DNA of 64,000 nt from positions 109,244,001 to 109,308,000 of the forward strand of contig OX597822.1 in assembly GCA_951406725.2 (NCBI GenBank), written 5' to 3'. The stretch comes from Octopus vulgaris. Its lineage: Eukaryota. The notes beneath the pieces were generated by a model that saw nothing but the letters and a program-made list of their open reading frames with translations, ran no database searches and was not told where the DNA came from. A program made the translations under genes and the position numbers. Below, piece after piece: positions 14,150-27,622 of the stretch; positions within the stretch are counted from its first letter, which is position 1, and the number at the start of each line of letters is the position of its first letter.

Positions 14150-14885
14150 AAGGTAATATGTATCAATTCTCTAGCCCTCCCAATTATAATTTACAGCTAC
14201 AATATTTTAACTGGACTCTAAATAAGCTAATCAAAATAAACAAGAAAACAAGAAAAATAATGACAGTATTTAGGATGCGCCATCCAAAGTCTGACAGAAA
14301 GGTTATATACACAACGTATATATACAACAAGGCGGCGAGCTGGCAGAAACGGTAGGGCGCCGGGCGAAATGCTTAGCGGTATTTCGTCTGCGTTACGTTG
14401 TGAGTTCAAATTCCGCCGAGGGAGGTCGACTTTGCCTTTCATCCTTTCGGGGTCGATAAATTAAGTACCAGTTACGCACTGGTGTCGATGTAATCGACTT
14501 AATCCGTTTGTCTGTCCTTGTTTGTCTCCTCTATGTTTAGCCCCTTGTGGGTAGTAAAGAAATATATATACACAACGTATGAAAGGTGGAAAACTATTAC
14601 GAAATAACCATCATAGAACTATCGAAATACCTTGAGAAGCAAGGTAAACTAATACAAATAGCCACAAAACACGAACAAAGCAACACAAAACTGTTTTCAG
14701 TTTTTAATGAAGCTGACAAATACTAAAAAGTAATCATAGTATCCAACAACCATGAAGAAACGGAAGGAACAACAACATCTCTAAAACAACTAAAACTTCA
14801 ACAGCAATTGATCCTTATAAAATGATAGCAAGAAAATCCCGTTCATAGCAAATACTTGGTTAAATTAAACAGAAAAGAAACAGAG
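14150..14885 (+). pseudogene. Decayed non-LTR retrotransposon RT C-terminal fragment, R4/Dong-like, interrupted by a SINE
   Basis: NWTLNKLIKINKKTRKIMTVFRMRHPKSD, then R-MKGG after the SINE, then ENPVHSKY. These match the WTxxELxxIDRKTRK...HHPKSD..RLY..RxxGG and KPLHGxY motifs. Confidence 0.7.
14329..14564 (+). mobile_element. SINE family B with 16-bp target-site duplication
   Basis: Full head ggcggcgagctggcagaa; TSD tatatacacaacgtat at 14304-14319 and 14565-14580. Confidence 0.92.
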
Positions 14886-15063
14886 AGGAGGGGCTGAGTG
14901 GTAAGTAGCTTGCTAACCAACCACATGGTTCCGGGTTCAGTCCCACTGCGTGGCATCTTGGGCAAGTGTTTCTTCTATATCCCCGGGTCGACCAATGCCT
15001 TGTGAGTGGATTTGGTAGACGGAAACTGAAAGAAGCCTGTCGTATATATGTATATATATATAT

Positions 15064-15693
15064 ACTAAGTAATTAAGGGTTTAGCAACGAATTGCCTCAC
15101 CAACACACCGAATTTAGAAATAGCAGTCAAAGAGATATAGCTATTCATTCTACTAAAAGGGGGATCTCAGTAAAAACACAGCACTTGAAAGGCAAACACA
15201 GACAGGTAAGAAAGAAAGAATGAAATGACGGCAAGCTACCTACGGACGTACGTTTCGAGATCAAGTTTTAGGATAGCATAAGAATTAGAAAATTCTACTT
15301 TACCCAAACTTCTTCTCTCATCGGCGCAGGATACCACAATTGTGAATAATTGTATATTAAATTTTGAGATACTAGAATGCATCATCTCAACTCAGTGTCA
15401 GAGCGAGCCAAAGCATGACCAGTACCACGAAATTCAAAGTTTGAATGAAAGTTTGCGTCACCAGCCCCCTTCCACCCGCGTGTAGCCAAGAGATCCCCCT
15501 TTTAGTAGAAGGAATAGCTATATCTCTTTGACTGCTATTTCTAAATTCGGTGTGTTGGTGAGGCAATTCGTTGCTAAACCCTTAATTACTTAGTATTACT
15601 TAAATTTTCCTCGAATGGGGCTTTTACATGCCGAAATCTACTTGGTGTAATTGATAATTATCCCTAATTAATTAAGTTCACCCTTTATTATTA

Positions 15694-15697
<4 letters not shown>
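15064..15697. mobile_element. Two-armed hammerhead element homologous to the 558-bp unit
   Basis: Arm 15064-15490 plus inverted arm 15491-15697; about 105 bp shared in inverted orientation. Shares ttaattaatta, caccaagta, aaggg-ttag, ttagaaatagcag, acgtacgtttc and cccc-ttccacc blocks with the array unit. Confidence 0.88.
15239..15330 (-). ncRNA. Type-I hammerhead ribozyme with extended stem II
   Basis: cctgcg-CCGATGA-[gaga..aagttt gggta..agaatt ttct aattct..tatcc..aaactt..tctc]-GAAAC-gtac-GTC-cgtagg. 6-bp stem I, U4C core variant, GUC cleavage triplet. Confidence 0.85.
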
Positions 15698-15756
<59 letters not shown>

Positions 15757-16279
15757 TTGTCCCCTAGCATTGCTTGACAACCGATGCTCGTGTGTTTATG
15801 TCCCCGCTACTTAGCGGTTCGGCAAAAGAGGCCGATAGAATAAGTACTGGGCTTACAAAAAAAAAAAAAGAATAAGTCCCGGGGTCGATTTGCTCGATTA
15901 AAGGCGGTGCTCCAGCATGGCCGCAGTCAAATGACTGAAACAAGTAAAAGAGTAATCTGCTGGGGTTTTTTTGTTGTTTTTTCTTCCACTAGAATTGCAT
16001 CTGATCTTCGCCCCAGTCCCATTCTCTCTTGCCACACGAATTATGTCTTGCTGTCTGCACTCGTCATTTCATACACGACATATTGTGACGTGCATGCAAT
16101 GACTGGCATTCATTCCCTGCACAATTTCCTCCTGTTGCCATCAAATCTGGAAGGGCTTGCGTACATTATCAGTAGGAACAGTCGGTCGAAGATAAAGTAA
16201 TCAAAATGTGTAGTTCTCCAACTTTCATTTGTGAATTTCTATACTTGTGTTTTGTATTTTGTAACTTCTTTAATCCTGC

Positions 16280-16711
16280 AAACACAGACGCACAAACATA
16301 CATACACACACACAGAGACGCACAAACATACATATACACACACACAGACGCACAAACATACACAAACATACATACACACACACACACACACAGACGCACA
16401 AACATACATACACACACACAGACGCACAAACATACATACACACATACATACACACACACACAGACGCACAAACATACATACACACACACACACTCTCTCT
16501 CTCCTACTCACATACACACACACATATATATATATACATATATATATACGACGGGCTTCTTTCAGTTTCCGTCTACCAAATCCACTCACAAGGCTTTGGT
16601 CGGCCCGAGGCTATAGTAGAAGACACTTGCCCAAGTTGCCACGTAGAGGGACTGAACCCAGAACCATGTGGTTGGTAAGCAAGCTACCTACCACACAGCC
16701 ACTCCTGCGCA
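16280..16711 (-). mobile_element. SINE family A 5' half with expanded (cacacagacgcacaaacatacata)n minisatellite
   Basis: 16548-16711 matches the SINE head; about 6 imperfect repeats at 16280-16490. Confidence 0.88.
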
Positions 16712-17160
16712 TATTGATATTTTGTGCTGAATCTTGGACAAAATGAACGAATGTTGCGGTGGTTGTGCATTCGTTAAATATTAATTTAAGATTATTTTTG
16801 TAATTTTTATTCAATTTAATCTAGTTTAAGCTCACGAGCTGTGGCCATGCTGGGGTAAACAGTTATAGATATTGATGTCATTTGAACTATACAGTATCAA
16901 GTCTAACACGTTGCACAATTTAAACTTTTACGTCATAAATTCTGACATGTTACTGCAGTTTCTATCAATGATAATAAATGATGGAAATAAAGTTGAGCTA
17001 TATTGCAGTGAACAGGAATGAGCACATAATACAATATTACATTAAATACAATAGTGTTAATATATTTTAATGATGTAACCCGGGAATCAATACGACCTGT
17101 TAACGATAATGTAGTCAAAAGCATTATAACCTTTATAGAAGTGTAGTAGTAAGGGGGATA

Positions 17161-17582
17161 TACCTATTTCTTTACTACCCAAAAGGGGATAAACACGAAG
17201 AGGACAAACAAGGACAGACAAACGGATTAAGTCGATTACATCGATCCCAGTGCATAAACTAGTACTTATTTAATCGATCTCGAAAGGATGAAAGGCAAAG
17301 TCGATCTCGGCGGAATTTGAACTCAGAACGTAACGGCAGACGAAATACCTATTTCTTTATTACCCACAAGGGGACAAACAGAGAGGGGACAAACAAGGAC
17401 AGACAAACGGTTCAAGTCGATTATATCGGCCCCAGTGCGTAACTGGTACTTATTTTATCCATCCCGAAAGGATGAAAGGCAAAGTCGACCTCGGTGGAAT
17501 TTGAACTCAGAACGCAGTGGCAGACGAAATGCCGTCAAGTATTTCGCCTGGAGCACTAGCGTTTCTGCTAGCTCGCCACCTT
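17161..17582 (-). mobile_element. Tandem SINE family B (partial copy plus full copy)
   Basis: Two consecutive copies at about 17161-17345 and 17346-17582. Confidence 0.9.
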
Positions 17583-19005
17583 TAGGAGATATACCAACAA
17601 GATTGTAATGTCGACCGATTCTTAATGTATGCTCCGACGTTATATAGGACAGTATCCCAACCGAGTCCTTAGAACCACTAATCATTCATTATGTCAAATA
17701 TATTTACTTAACTTCGTTTTAAACAGATCATACAGAAATTGGTAAATAGTTGTTTCCTTATATATGTATGAATACAAGATCCACGTTTATCAATTTCAAA
17801 CCATAATTATGCTATCGCATCCAATCTACCTGCTAGATTTTACAATGTCGAAGGAGCCATAAAACTTAACTTCTTGCTGTGCACGACTAATATCATTTAA
17901 CAATCCCACAGACACTAAAAGTTATTTCTAATCACCGGCATGTGGAAGCAAGCTTCAAATTTCGTGTGTTTAAACATGTGATAATTATTTCTAACAACGC
18001 CTCTGGTGTAATTGTATAGATAAGTCTTACACAGTAGCAGCAAATGAATAATGAATTAAACTAAACCGTTTTGAGCAATAGTCTTACTATGTAGGCATCA
18101 TCAGCTGTTAGTGGAGACAATGATGATAGTAGAAACGATGGCAATGAAATACATAATGAGGAGGAGATGATTTCTGAGTATTATTAAAGTAATAAATAGG
18201 GTAGTTGTTGTGTCGATGCCCCCAGACGATGAAGAAGGCTAGCCCAATACGTAGATATAGAGGGAGAAGCGTAGACATCGGAGTTGAGTAGAGGACATAC
18301 GAACGTGCGATATAACAGTAGTACGTTTCAACATATTACATCCTGGTTGTATAATATTAAACAAAGAGGATTATAAATGTCACTTGCCTTAATTATGGAA
18401 ATGATTGATAATTAGTCAATATTCAATCACACACTTAATTTCTTAAATGTGCATTTATGTCTGGGTGTCAGACGACTGTCACTCTCTTACCAAATACGTT
18501 TAATATTTGGTAACTGATATGGCATTTCGTCCTGTGACATATTTAGTATATTATGAAAGCGAATGTACATCAAAAGTTATACGACTGAATTAATAATTAC
18601 TGAAGTAATCAATATAAGGTAATAATGCATAATGCTCCACATTATTGAGCACCTAACTTGAGACAATAAGATGTCCAGAAGTTAGAAAGGAATTGAGATA
18701 ATGATAGTTTACGCGAATAACCGATTAGTGACATAAAACTAAATTCTTCTTACATATGTATGTGTAGTGTAAAACTATATACATATACTTGTGTGAATAT
18801 ATATCTATATATGAATATGTACACACACACACATACACACAAACACCTCACCACTCACGCATATATAAATATATATAGTATACTCGGTACATAAAGCGAA
18901 AATGTATGGCCAACATAATTGGCATTAAATATTTATGAACTTCAATGCATTGAAGCCTCTGTTTTAACCGGTATCTACATTGCAATCAAAATATCTCTTA
19001 ACTCT

Positions 19006-19225
19006 AAGGCGTCGAGATGGCAGAACCGTTAGCATACCGGACAAAATGCTTAGCAGTATTTCGCCCGTAGCTACGTTCTGAGTTCAAATTCCGCCGGAGT
19101 TGAGTTTGCCTTTCATCCTTTCGGATTCGATGAAATAAATACCAGTTAAACACTAGAGTCTATTTAGTCGATTTATCCGATCCCCCGACATTTCAGGCCT
19201 TCTGCCAATAGTAAAAAAAAAAAAG
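19006..19225 (+). mobile_element. SINE family B
   Basis: aggcgtcgagatggcagaa...ctgagttcaaattccgcc...; A-rich tail. Confidence 0.85.
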
Positions 19226-19430
19226 TCAATACCTCTTATTTCTCTCTCTTTCTCTCACCTTTATGATACTTTTCTCACCCTGATCTTTCCTTATAAATAT
19301 AACAAATATAATAAAATAGAAAATCACATCTTTAATTGGTTATTACACCATATATTACCGACAGTCGTTTCGATTTTACCAGTATATGTGCATACAAAAT
19401 AAGGTATAACGTACCATTAAAATTAATATA

Positions 19431-20054
19431 GAGTAATTCCTCGCCATATCACTATTTACATATCGCAGTTTATTATTTAAGCTTATACTGATTCCTCCGT
19501 GGTGTTGTTTTGCATTTATAATGAACTAAATATATACAAATTAAAAATGATAATAGAATATACAGTGGCTGTGTGGTAAGTAGCTTTCTAACCTACCACA
19601 TGGTTCCGGGTTCAGTCCCACTGTGTGGCACCTTGGGCAAGTGTCTTCTGCTATAGCCACGGGCCGACCAATGCCTTGTGAGTGGATTTGGTAGACGGAA
19701 ACTGAAAGAAGCCTGTCGTATATATGTATATATATATGTGTGTGCGTGTATGTTTGTGTGTCTGTGTTTGTCCCCCTAGCATTGCTTGACAACCGATGCT
19801 GGTGTGCTTACGTCCCCGTTACTTAACGGTTCGGCAAAAGAGACCGATAGAATAAGTACTGGGCTTAGAAAAGAATAAGTCCCGGGGTCGAGTTGCTCGA
19901 TTAAAGGCGGTGCTCCAGCATGGCCACAGTCAAATGACTGAAACAAGTAAAAGAGTAAAAGAGTAAAAAAGAGGGTACTGTTTCTACTTCGCGGATTTTC
20001 ACCTATCGCGTCGGGTTTTGGAACGTAACACCTGCGATTGTGGAGGAATTACTG
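19431..20054. mobile_element. Tigger/pogo-like MITE with a nested SINE
   Basis: Imperfect TIRs ta|gagtaattcctcgccatatc and gcgattgtggaggaattactg|ta; internal cacctatcgcg-type subterminal motifs. Confidence 0.65.
19565..19970 (+). mobile_element. SINE family A, near full length
   Basis: gtggctgtgtggtaag head, conserved body, (aaaagagt)n tail. Confidence 0.93.
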
Positions 20055-20260
20055 TATACAAAAATATATGCTTAGACAAAGTTATTAAGGCAATCCGAAA
20101 GTGGTTAAAGTGAAGTAATAAAATTCCTCCAGCAGACGAACGCAAATAAGAAGACAACCAAAACGCTAAGAAGAGAGACAGTTGATAATGTCAGAAATAT
20201 TAAATTTCTAAATATCTCATAGAGATATGTACGGTGGTGGAACGATAGAGTGGTTGTATA

Positions 20261-20345
20261 ATGTCAACTTAACGTGATAGTACCGTGAGGGAATTGCACC
20301 ACCGCTGTTTAGCCCTAGGAAGCATCGACGCTTCCTGTCGGCCTT
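20261..20345. repeat. Unclassified interspersed repeat (second copy at 36712-36795)
   Basis: tgtcaacttaacgtg...caccaccgct...ggaagcat-gacgct-cctgtcggc is shared by both copies. Confidence 0.7.
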
Positions 20346-20569
20346 GACACATTTCCTGTGTCCTTATATATTTACGAGTTGATAATGAAAGAATAGAAAA
20401 TAAACAGGAATTCTACGTCACGGCATTTACACAAAAACCTTCTACGACTCAACCATTAGATATATATATATATATATGTGAAATTGGACTGGAGGTTGTT
20501 GGTGTTGCCAGCTACGGTTGTGTTCAGTGTAAGAGGTGGAGACAAAGAGAGTTTACAATGAAATAGAAA

Positions 20570-20750
20570 GGCCATGCTGAGACACCGCCTTGAGCAATTT
20601 CTTCTTAATCAAATTAATCAATCCCAGTACTTATTTTGTTGCTTTTGGTTGCTAATGTAGAGGACGTAAACACCACAACACCAGTTTTCAAGTGGTAGTG
20701 GCGGATAATCACAGACACACACATGTGTGCAAAGGACGGGTTCGTTTCCT
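20570..20750 (-). mobile_element. Decayed SINE family A fragment
   Basis: ggccatgctga..caccgcctt, cccagtacttatt and ggacgtaaacacc motifs. Confidence 0.65.
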
Positions 20751-20751
20751 A

Positions 20752-20849
<98 letters not shown>

Positions 20850-21042
20850 ATAATCAGATCAGATGGTTCATATTTGTAGATATTTATTTATATATTACAT
20901 TTTTACATATATATCATATCATTCGGATTAGCGCTTGCTCCCATTCTAGTGGGTTTTCAAATCAAATCAGTTGTGGGTAGTTTGAACCTTTTATAGTTTC
21001 GTAGTAGTGGGTGAGGAGGAAGTGAGACAGAGAGAAATATGT

Positions 21043-21112
<70 letters not shown>

Positions 21113-21320
21113 ATTTATATCTGAGAGTGAAGAAGTGTTATTTCCGTTGGTCTGCTGGACCCCCTGTGGTTTTATAAGAACTTTGGCTGTGCATTTCAAT
21201 GTCACTGAGTGTGTTGTGCATAGGTTGGCCTGGCAAATGTCATTTGGGGTCACACTTTCTATGATCATTCTGTGGAGGTGTGTGTGTGTGTGTGTCTCTC
21301 TGTGTGTCTGTGTGTGTTTT

Positions 21321-21381
<61 letters not shown>

Positions 21382-21427
21382 CTGTGTGTTTGGAGAAGGG
21401 GAGAGAGACAAAAAGAGAAAAGGGAAA

Positions 21428-21590
21428 ATAAAAATAATAATAATAAAAATAAAAAAATTAAAAAATTAAAAAAATAAATAAAATAAAATAAAAACAAAAA
21501 ATAAAAAATAAAATAAAAAAATATAAAGAATAAATAAAAATATAAAGAATAAAAAATAAAAAAATAAAAATAAAAATAAAAATAAAAATA
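21428..21590. repeat. A-rich (AAAAAT)n-like low-complexity tract
   Basis: Seen directly. Confidence 0.9.
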
Positions 21591-21828
21591 AGGGAGGAAG
21601 TGGAGAAGAAAAAATTTTTGTGTGTTGATATTTATACCAACACATATATATACACACACACAGACTTATACATAAAATATTTGAAAAAACCTTTTATCGG
21701 TTCAAAATGAACAACCAAATTATACCATCTTGAAAGTTGTATGTCATAGGAAAGTTAAAATTAAAGTGACAATTAAAGGGTAAAGATGGAAGTGAATTAT
21801 AAAGATAATAATATAATATGATGTATAT

Positions 21829-21864
<36 letters not shown>

Positions 21865-21866
<2 letters not shown>

Positions 21867-22195
21867 TAGCAGACGAACCCGTCCTTTGCACGGTTTAGGT
21901 TGCTTTGATGGTATCTTTTCACTAAATATTTGAATAAATAATTGAATAATGCCAATATACGATCATATTGATTAAAAACAGATGAAAGACCCTGCATACA
22001 GAAAACTATGTACATACAGCGTAGTAGAGAAAAACCCGTGTAAACCACATTTTTTCCACTTACTCCATTTACACGGGAGCTCTAGGCAAAATGTTATATT
22101 GCATGATCCTCCTTGGGATTTAAGTAATGTGTGTTTAAAGTTTGGTGAAAATCTGTTGGGAATTGTGGAAATGTATGTGTTAGTCACTATACACG
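21865..22195 (+). mobile_element. Probable Helentron/DINE-like non-autonomous element
   Basis: Start tactagcagacgaacccgtcctttgcacgg and distal aaagtttggtgaaaatc motif resemble DINE/HINE termini; follows (TA)n. Confidence 0.5.
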
Positions 22196-22204
22196 TATCC
22201 TGTT

Positions 22205-22520
22205 ATTTATATTTGTTGTTTTTGTTTCCTCCCGAGCCATGCCTGGCACATAAGGGCCTATTTCCCGGTTTCATTAGCGTAAAAGTATCCCACCTGGACG
22301 GAACACCGGTCCGTCGCAGGTGAGCTGCCACATGCAGGAGGAAAGAGTGAAAGAAATTTGTGGCGAGAGTCAGCAGAAGTTCGCCATTGCCTTATGCCGG
22401 AGCCGCGTGGAGCTCAGGTATTTAGCTCATAACTATACACATCGCCCGGTCTGAGATTCGAACCCGCGATACCTCGACCGCGCGTCCGCTGCTCGAATAA
22501 CTAAGCCATGTGCTTCCACG
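22205..22520 (-). mobile_element. tRNA-derived SINE, family C variant
   Basis: Minus-strand head tggcttagtt...gcgggttcgaatctcagaccgggcg is related to the copy at 27224; distinct 3' half with a caa-rich tail. Confidence 0.85.
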
Positions 22521-22534
22521 ATTTATATATAGAA

Positions 22535-22632
<98 letters not shown>

Positions 22633-24263
22633 CATATATATATACATATACCTACACATGCACGTGAACGCACACACATACTCACACACTCACATACGCA
22701 CACACATATGCACACACACATACACATAAACCAAATAGCTCGATTATGAGTTTGATATCGAACATGAAGATTATATATTATTTGGTCCTGTATATTATGC
22801 GACTTACTGAATCTTTTCCAAAACTCGGAATTGCTTAAATGGCGTGACTACATGCCTATAGGAAGCAGTTTCAAAATTTATGATATCTGATACAGATAAT
22901 GCATAGGATATCGTTTGCCGCATTTTGTTTTAATATTCTTTTATAATTGAGTACGATAGGTTCCTCATTTAAAATTTATTGACTCTAAATCATTTAGGAA
23001 TAAATCCATTATTTCGTCTTCAGTTTTATGAAGCAATGTTAAAACAGAAATTTCTAATGCGAGACGGAAACACAAAATCACCAAATAGAATGAAATTATA
23101 ATTTAGGATTTATAGATATTTTATAACTCATGTTAAATGTTAAACATTAGATGGATACCTATTGTGAAATAGTTTGTTTGCATTTTCTGTAAGGAAGTAA
23201 TATTTATATGAAAAGAAAAAGAAAACTATCACACGCAACAGATAAATATATATCATGGATACTGTAATCACTAGAAAACAATTTTTGTGAGTAAAGATTA
23301 GTAATGGGAAACTAAAACATTTTGTATAGAAACACTCATTGACTAATGATATTTGTCAATGATATTGCACATTAAGAGATTTAATAACATAGCTGAAATG
23401 AAACAAATTGTAAACTTAAATGTTATACAATATGAGGTTTGTACTCATAGCGACTTTTGCAGACACACTCGTCATGATATACATGGATACACACACGCAC
23501 ACAATCGTATGCCTGTGTGCAAAAAATTGTGTGTATGTGTGTGCGTGTGAGTGTGGCTGTATATACAATAATATTGATGACAAACCAGGACTGCGATGTA
23601 AAGTATTACACTTGACACGTAATCAACACTTAGATAAACCATCTCATTATTCCACTATTAATGTATCGTAGGAAAATTATACGTTGCAAATTAGGGCTTA
23701 TTATACGTACAAGTTTTTATCGCAAGCTTATTGAAGATATTCTGTTATTTGAAACACCATTATTTGTATTTATTCTTCATTGTCTTACCTACTCTGAGTT
23801 ATTCCTCTCCACGAATTTTCTGTTAGCTTTTTTAAATTACGGTAGTTAATAGATGTCTCTTCTTGTGTGTTTACGTTTAACTTTTTCTTTCACTAGATTT
23901 AAAATTGAATTGCTGCCCTCATGCAGGAACATTTCTCAAGTAAACCTTGCTAAGTGGCATGTCAATTTCAGGAAATCTTGATTCTTGAATTTATATTATC
24001 ATTCGATTCTGCTCGTAATTGTCAACCGATGTTTGTTTATTTTACTCTCCAAATTTATATGATTTCTATAAATGTAGAATTTTCCTTGTATACTATGTAA
24101 CATAAGCTTATCTTTACTGCGAATATATATGTAGATGGCCTTCCCTCATAATCTCTCTTTTATCGTTTTCTGAAATATATGATACCAACACACTTAAACA
24201 GGTGCACAGTTACTGACACATCCTGCAGCATAGAGAATTATATAGAAAGAAATGGAGACTGAT

Positions 24264-24303
<40 letters not shown>

Positions 24304-26076
24304 GGGGTGGGGGAGGAATACAGAGAAAAAATCGTTACTACGTTTAAATTTTCATACAGCAAACATTATATCCAGCGTTAGGAAATATCTTTGAAAAATG
24401 AAGAATATACGTACAATCAGAAGCAACATAAAAAATGGAAGAACTGCCTTGCTCAAAGATATATTAACCTACAGAGACGATGACAACACTAACAGGCATT
24501 CGTCTGCAGGATAAAAGAAAGATGATAGATTCTCTGTGAAAAAGACAGGTGCTTAATTAAATGGAAAAGATATAAAACAAATGGTGTTCTTGCAATGATT
24601 AAAGCAGATGCCCACATATACAGATGCTGCATGTATTCGTGTTCATAGAGGGAGAGAAAGAGAGAGAAAAGGAGAGAGAGAGAGACTCTTTACTGCCAGG
24701 GAACCTCATAATAAACTTGGGCTGTCAATGTTGTTTATTAACCAAGGGAATTTCAAATATAGAGTTAACACGGAAAATTTTATCGCAGACGAAATGCTTT
24801 TGTCCTTTTTTTTTTCTCACACTTTTCATGTACAATTCACAGCCGTTAACATTTCTACTTAATACTCAGGGAAGCACCATATCTATTAATGGGTAACTAA
24901 CGTTTGAAGACAATCTTATTCCACAAAAATACCTATGTTGTTGTAGAGAGATAGACATGTCAGCAGCTTAAAAAAACTATGCTCCAAATCAACCACTCAG
25001 ACTGAATTTAGATATAAGCGTAACATAGTTTAATGGTTTGTTATGGGTATCTTGAGGCTCTTTAGCGAAAAATCAAAACCAAAATTATAAACTGGTAGAG
25101 AGATGCACAGAAGTAAAAATACATGACTTTCATGACTGTTTTTAGTTGTAATAATATCTTCGATGCTATGTTATTTCTGCTGTTTTGAGGTGAATATTTC
25201 CGATGTAGAAAACTAAATATCAGCGATGAAGAGCCATGAAAATTGCGATTCAAGTAATCTTGGACCTAAACTACATAATACCAAATAAATCGACCAATCA
25301 AAACAGAACTTGGTAAATTGTCAGATATTGTAGAATAATTGCAACCAGCTGTCTTTCAGAGTGAAAGTTTCTTTGTGAAAGACATCTGCACACAAGCAAT
25401 TTTAAAAGTGATTTTCTATGAATGAAACCGATATTTTTTTTGTTTACTTTGCTAAACACTTTTATAGATATCCGGTCTCTGAAAGGATTTCTTTTATTAG
25501 GAAGTGCGAATCGAATTCTTCAGATCTATATTAATTCATTTATTCATGTTACATTTGATTTCTTATTTCGTATCACAAGTTAAATGCAGTCTACCGTTGG
25601 TGCAGCTGTCGTTGTCTTCCATGATATTCGTTTTTCCACCACCACAAAGATATATATAAGAACATATGTCTATTTTCGAAGATATATATAACGTATGTTC
25701 GAGGAAAGATATTTATAAATCGCTTATTATTTGCAAAAAATAAATATATGTATTTATTGAAAATATTTAGGGTATACACTGGTAGAGAGATGCACAAAAA
25801 TAAAAATAAAATGATACACGTAGACATCAATTTATGTATTTGTCATTCTCTCTCTTTCTCTCTGTCTGTCTCTCTCTATCTATCTCTCTCTCTCTATCTC
25901 ACACACACACACAAAATCACATGACCTTATAGACTGACATGTATGTGGAGTTGGATATATGTGAGGAGTTTGCCATTATTCATATTCTCTAGTTCATCAG
26001 AATTTTGAATATTATGATGTTTAAAGCTGAGACTATTGTTGCTTGAGTGCATAATGAGACAACCTCACGCATACAC

Positions 26077-26170
<94 letters not shown>

Positions 26171-27223
26171 CTATACTTTATTAAAAAGTAATAAGATACT
26201 TTTTTTGCGTAATAAGATAACAAAAAACAAGGTGTAAGTTCAACACATAGGCACACAACTATACACGCAAAAATACACAGACATATATACATGCCGTTTT
26301 AGTTTAATGACGCGGGGGCTACTAAATAAAAATCATTACGAATATTCCTTCACTGGTGTAGGGGCAGAAACGCTAGAAAAATCTAAAATAACATACCAAA
26401 CGGCCACCTTAAATGAATTATATAAGTGTATAGATATATATGTATATACGTCACACAAAGTCTATCTTACTCATGCACATACGCCTGCATCCACACACAC
26501 ATATATATAAATTTATGCATAAAAAAGTGATACATTTAAAACTTTCGTAACATGTGTATATGAGGTAAAGAAATATGCGATAATCATCATTTCTTTCAAG
26601 CTTGAACTGTTATATTGATGTCAAATAATTCTTTCAATTTCGCTATATTATAAAATGTTTTAAGCGAAGACGTACAATCATACAGAAGTCTGGCATCATT
26701 AGTCTGAATGTTGAACATAGAAATACATTTTTAGATAGAGAGATAAAAGGCAAATTATTTATAGATAAATTGCTGACTCTGAAATACGAACTTTAAAATA
26801 TAAAATTTACGTAATATTTTAATATACATTCAATAATTTAGTAGTAGTAAATATTATAAAACATCAACTTATGCTGTGTCAATTTCTCACGTAAATTGGA
26901 TAGAATATAAATCTCTTCTCATTAAGAAATTTACGACACATATCAACCCCCTTAGCTAAGCGAACCAGAACAACTCAAAATTAATTGAGGTATCTAGAGA
27001 GAAGTAAATAGCTATGCTGTAGCATTAAAATGGAACACCCAATGGAAGATAAAGGATGTATCAAGATAACATTTAGAGACCTATTTGACTAAATAATGCT
27101 ATGATCGAATAATTTTGATAAGCAATTCTGTCTAGTAACTACGTCACGTGTATGACAACAAAAGAATTTACCTAAAGTATTATATCTAGATAAATGCCGT
27201 TAATCATGTTGTTGTCAAGTTTG

Positions 27224-27622
27224 TGGAGGCGCAATGGCCCAGTGGTTAGGGCAGCTGACTCGCGGTCGTAGGATCGCGGTTTCGATTCCCGGACCGGGCG
27301 TTGTGAGTGTTTATTGAGCGAAAACACCTAAAGCTCCACGAGGCTCCGGCAGGGATGGTGATGATCCCTGCTGTACTCTTTCGCCACAACTTTCTCTCAT
27401 TCTTACTTCCTGTTTCTGTTGTACCTGTATTTCAAAGGGCCGGCCTTGTCACTCTCTGTGTCACGCTGAATATCCCCGAGAACTACGTTAAGGGTACACG
27501 TGTCTGTGGAGTGCTCAGCCACTTACACGTTAATTTCACGAGCAGGCTGTTCCGTTGATCGGATCAACCGGAACCCTCGTCGTCGGAACCGACGGAGTGC
27601 TTCCATCCATCCATCCATCCAT
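27224..27622 (+). mobile_element. tRNA-derived SINE, family C, young-looking copy
   Basis: ggaggcgcaatggcccagtggttagggcagctgactcgcggtcgtaggatcgcggtttcgattccc tRNA-like head; CpG-rich; (ccat)n tail. Confidence 0.92.

Larger units (their letters stand above)
14888..15954 (+). mobile_element. SINE family A split at its internal (TA)n by an inserted element
   Basis: The 5' part (14888-15063) and 3' part (~15745-15954) are collinear with the intact copy at 19565-19970. Confidence 0.9.

Noticed and set aside
21110-21280. Unique-looking island between GT repeats
   Set aside because: It is open only because of the flanking repeats; there is no support for an exon or for foreign origin.
27224-27300. 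tRNA gene
   Set aside because: The tRNA-like head continues into a SINE body and tail and has diverged paralogues.
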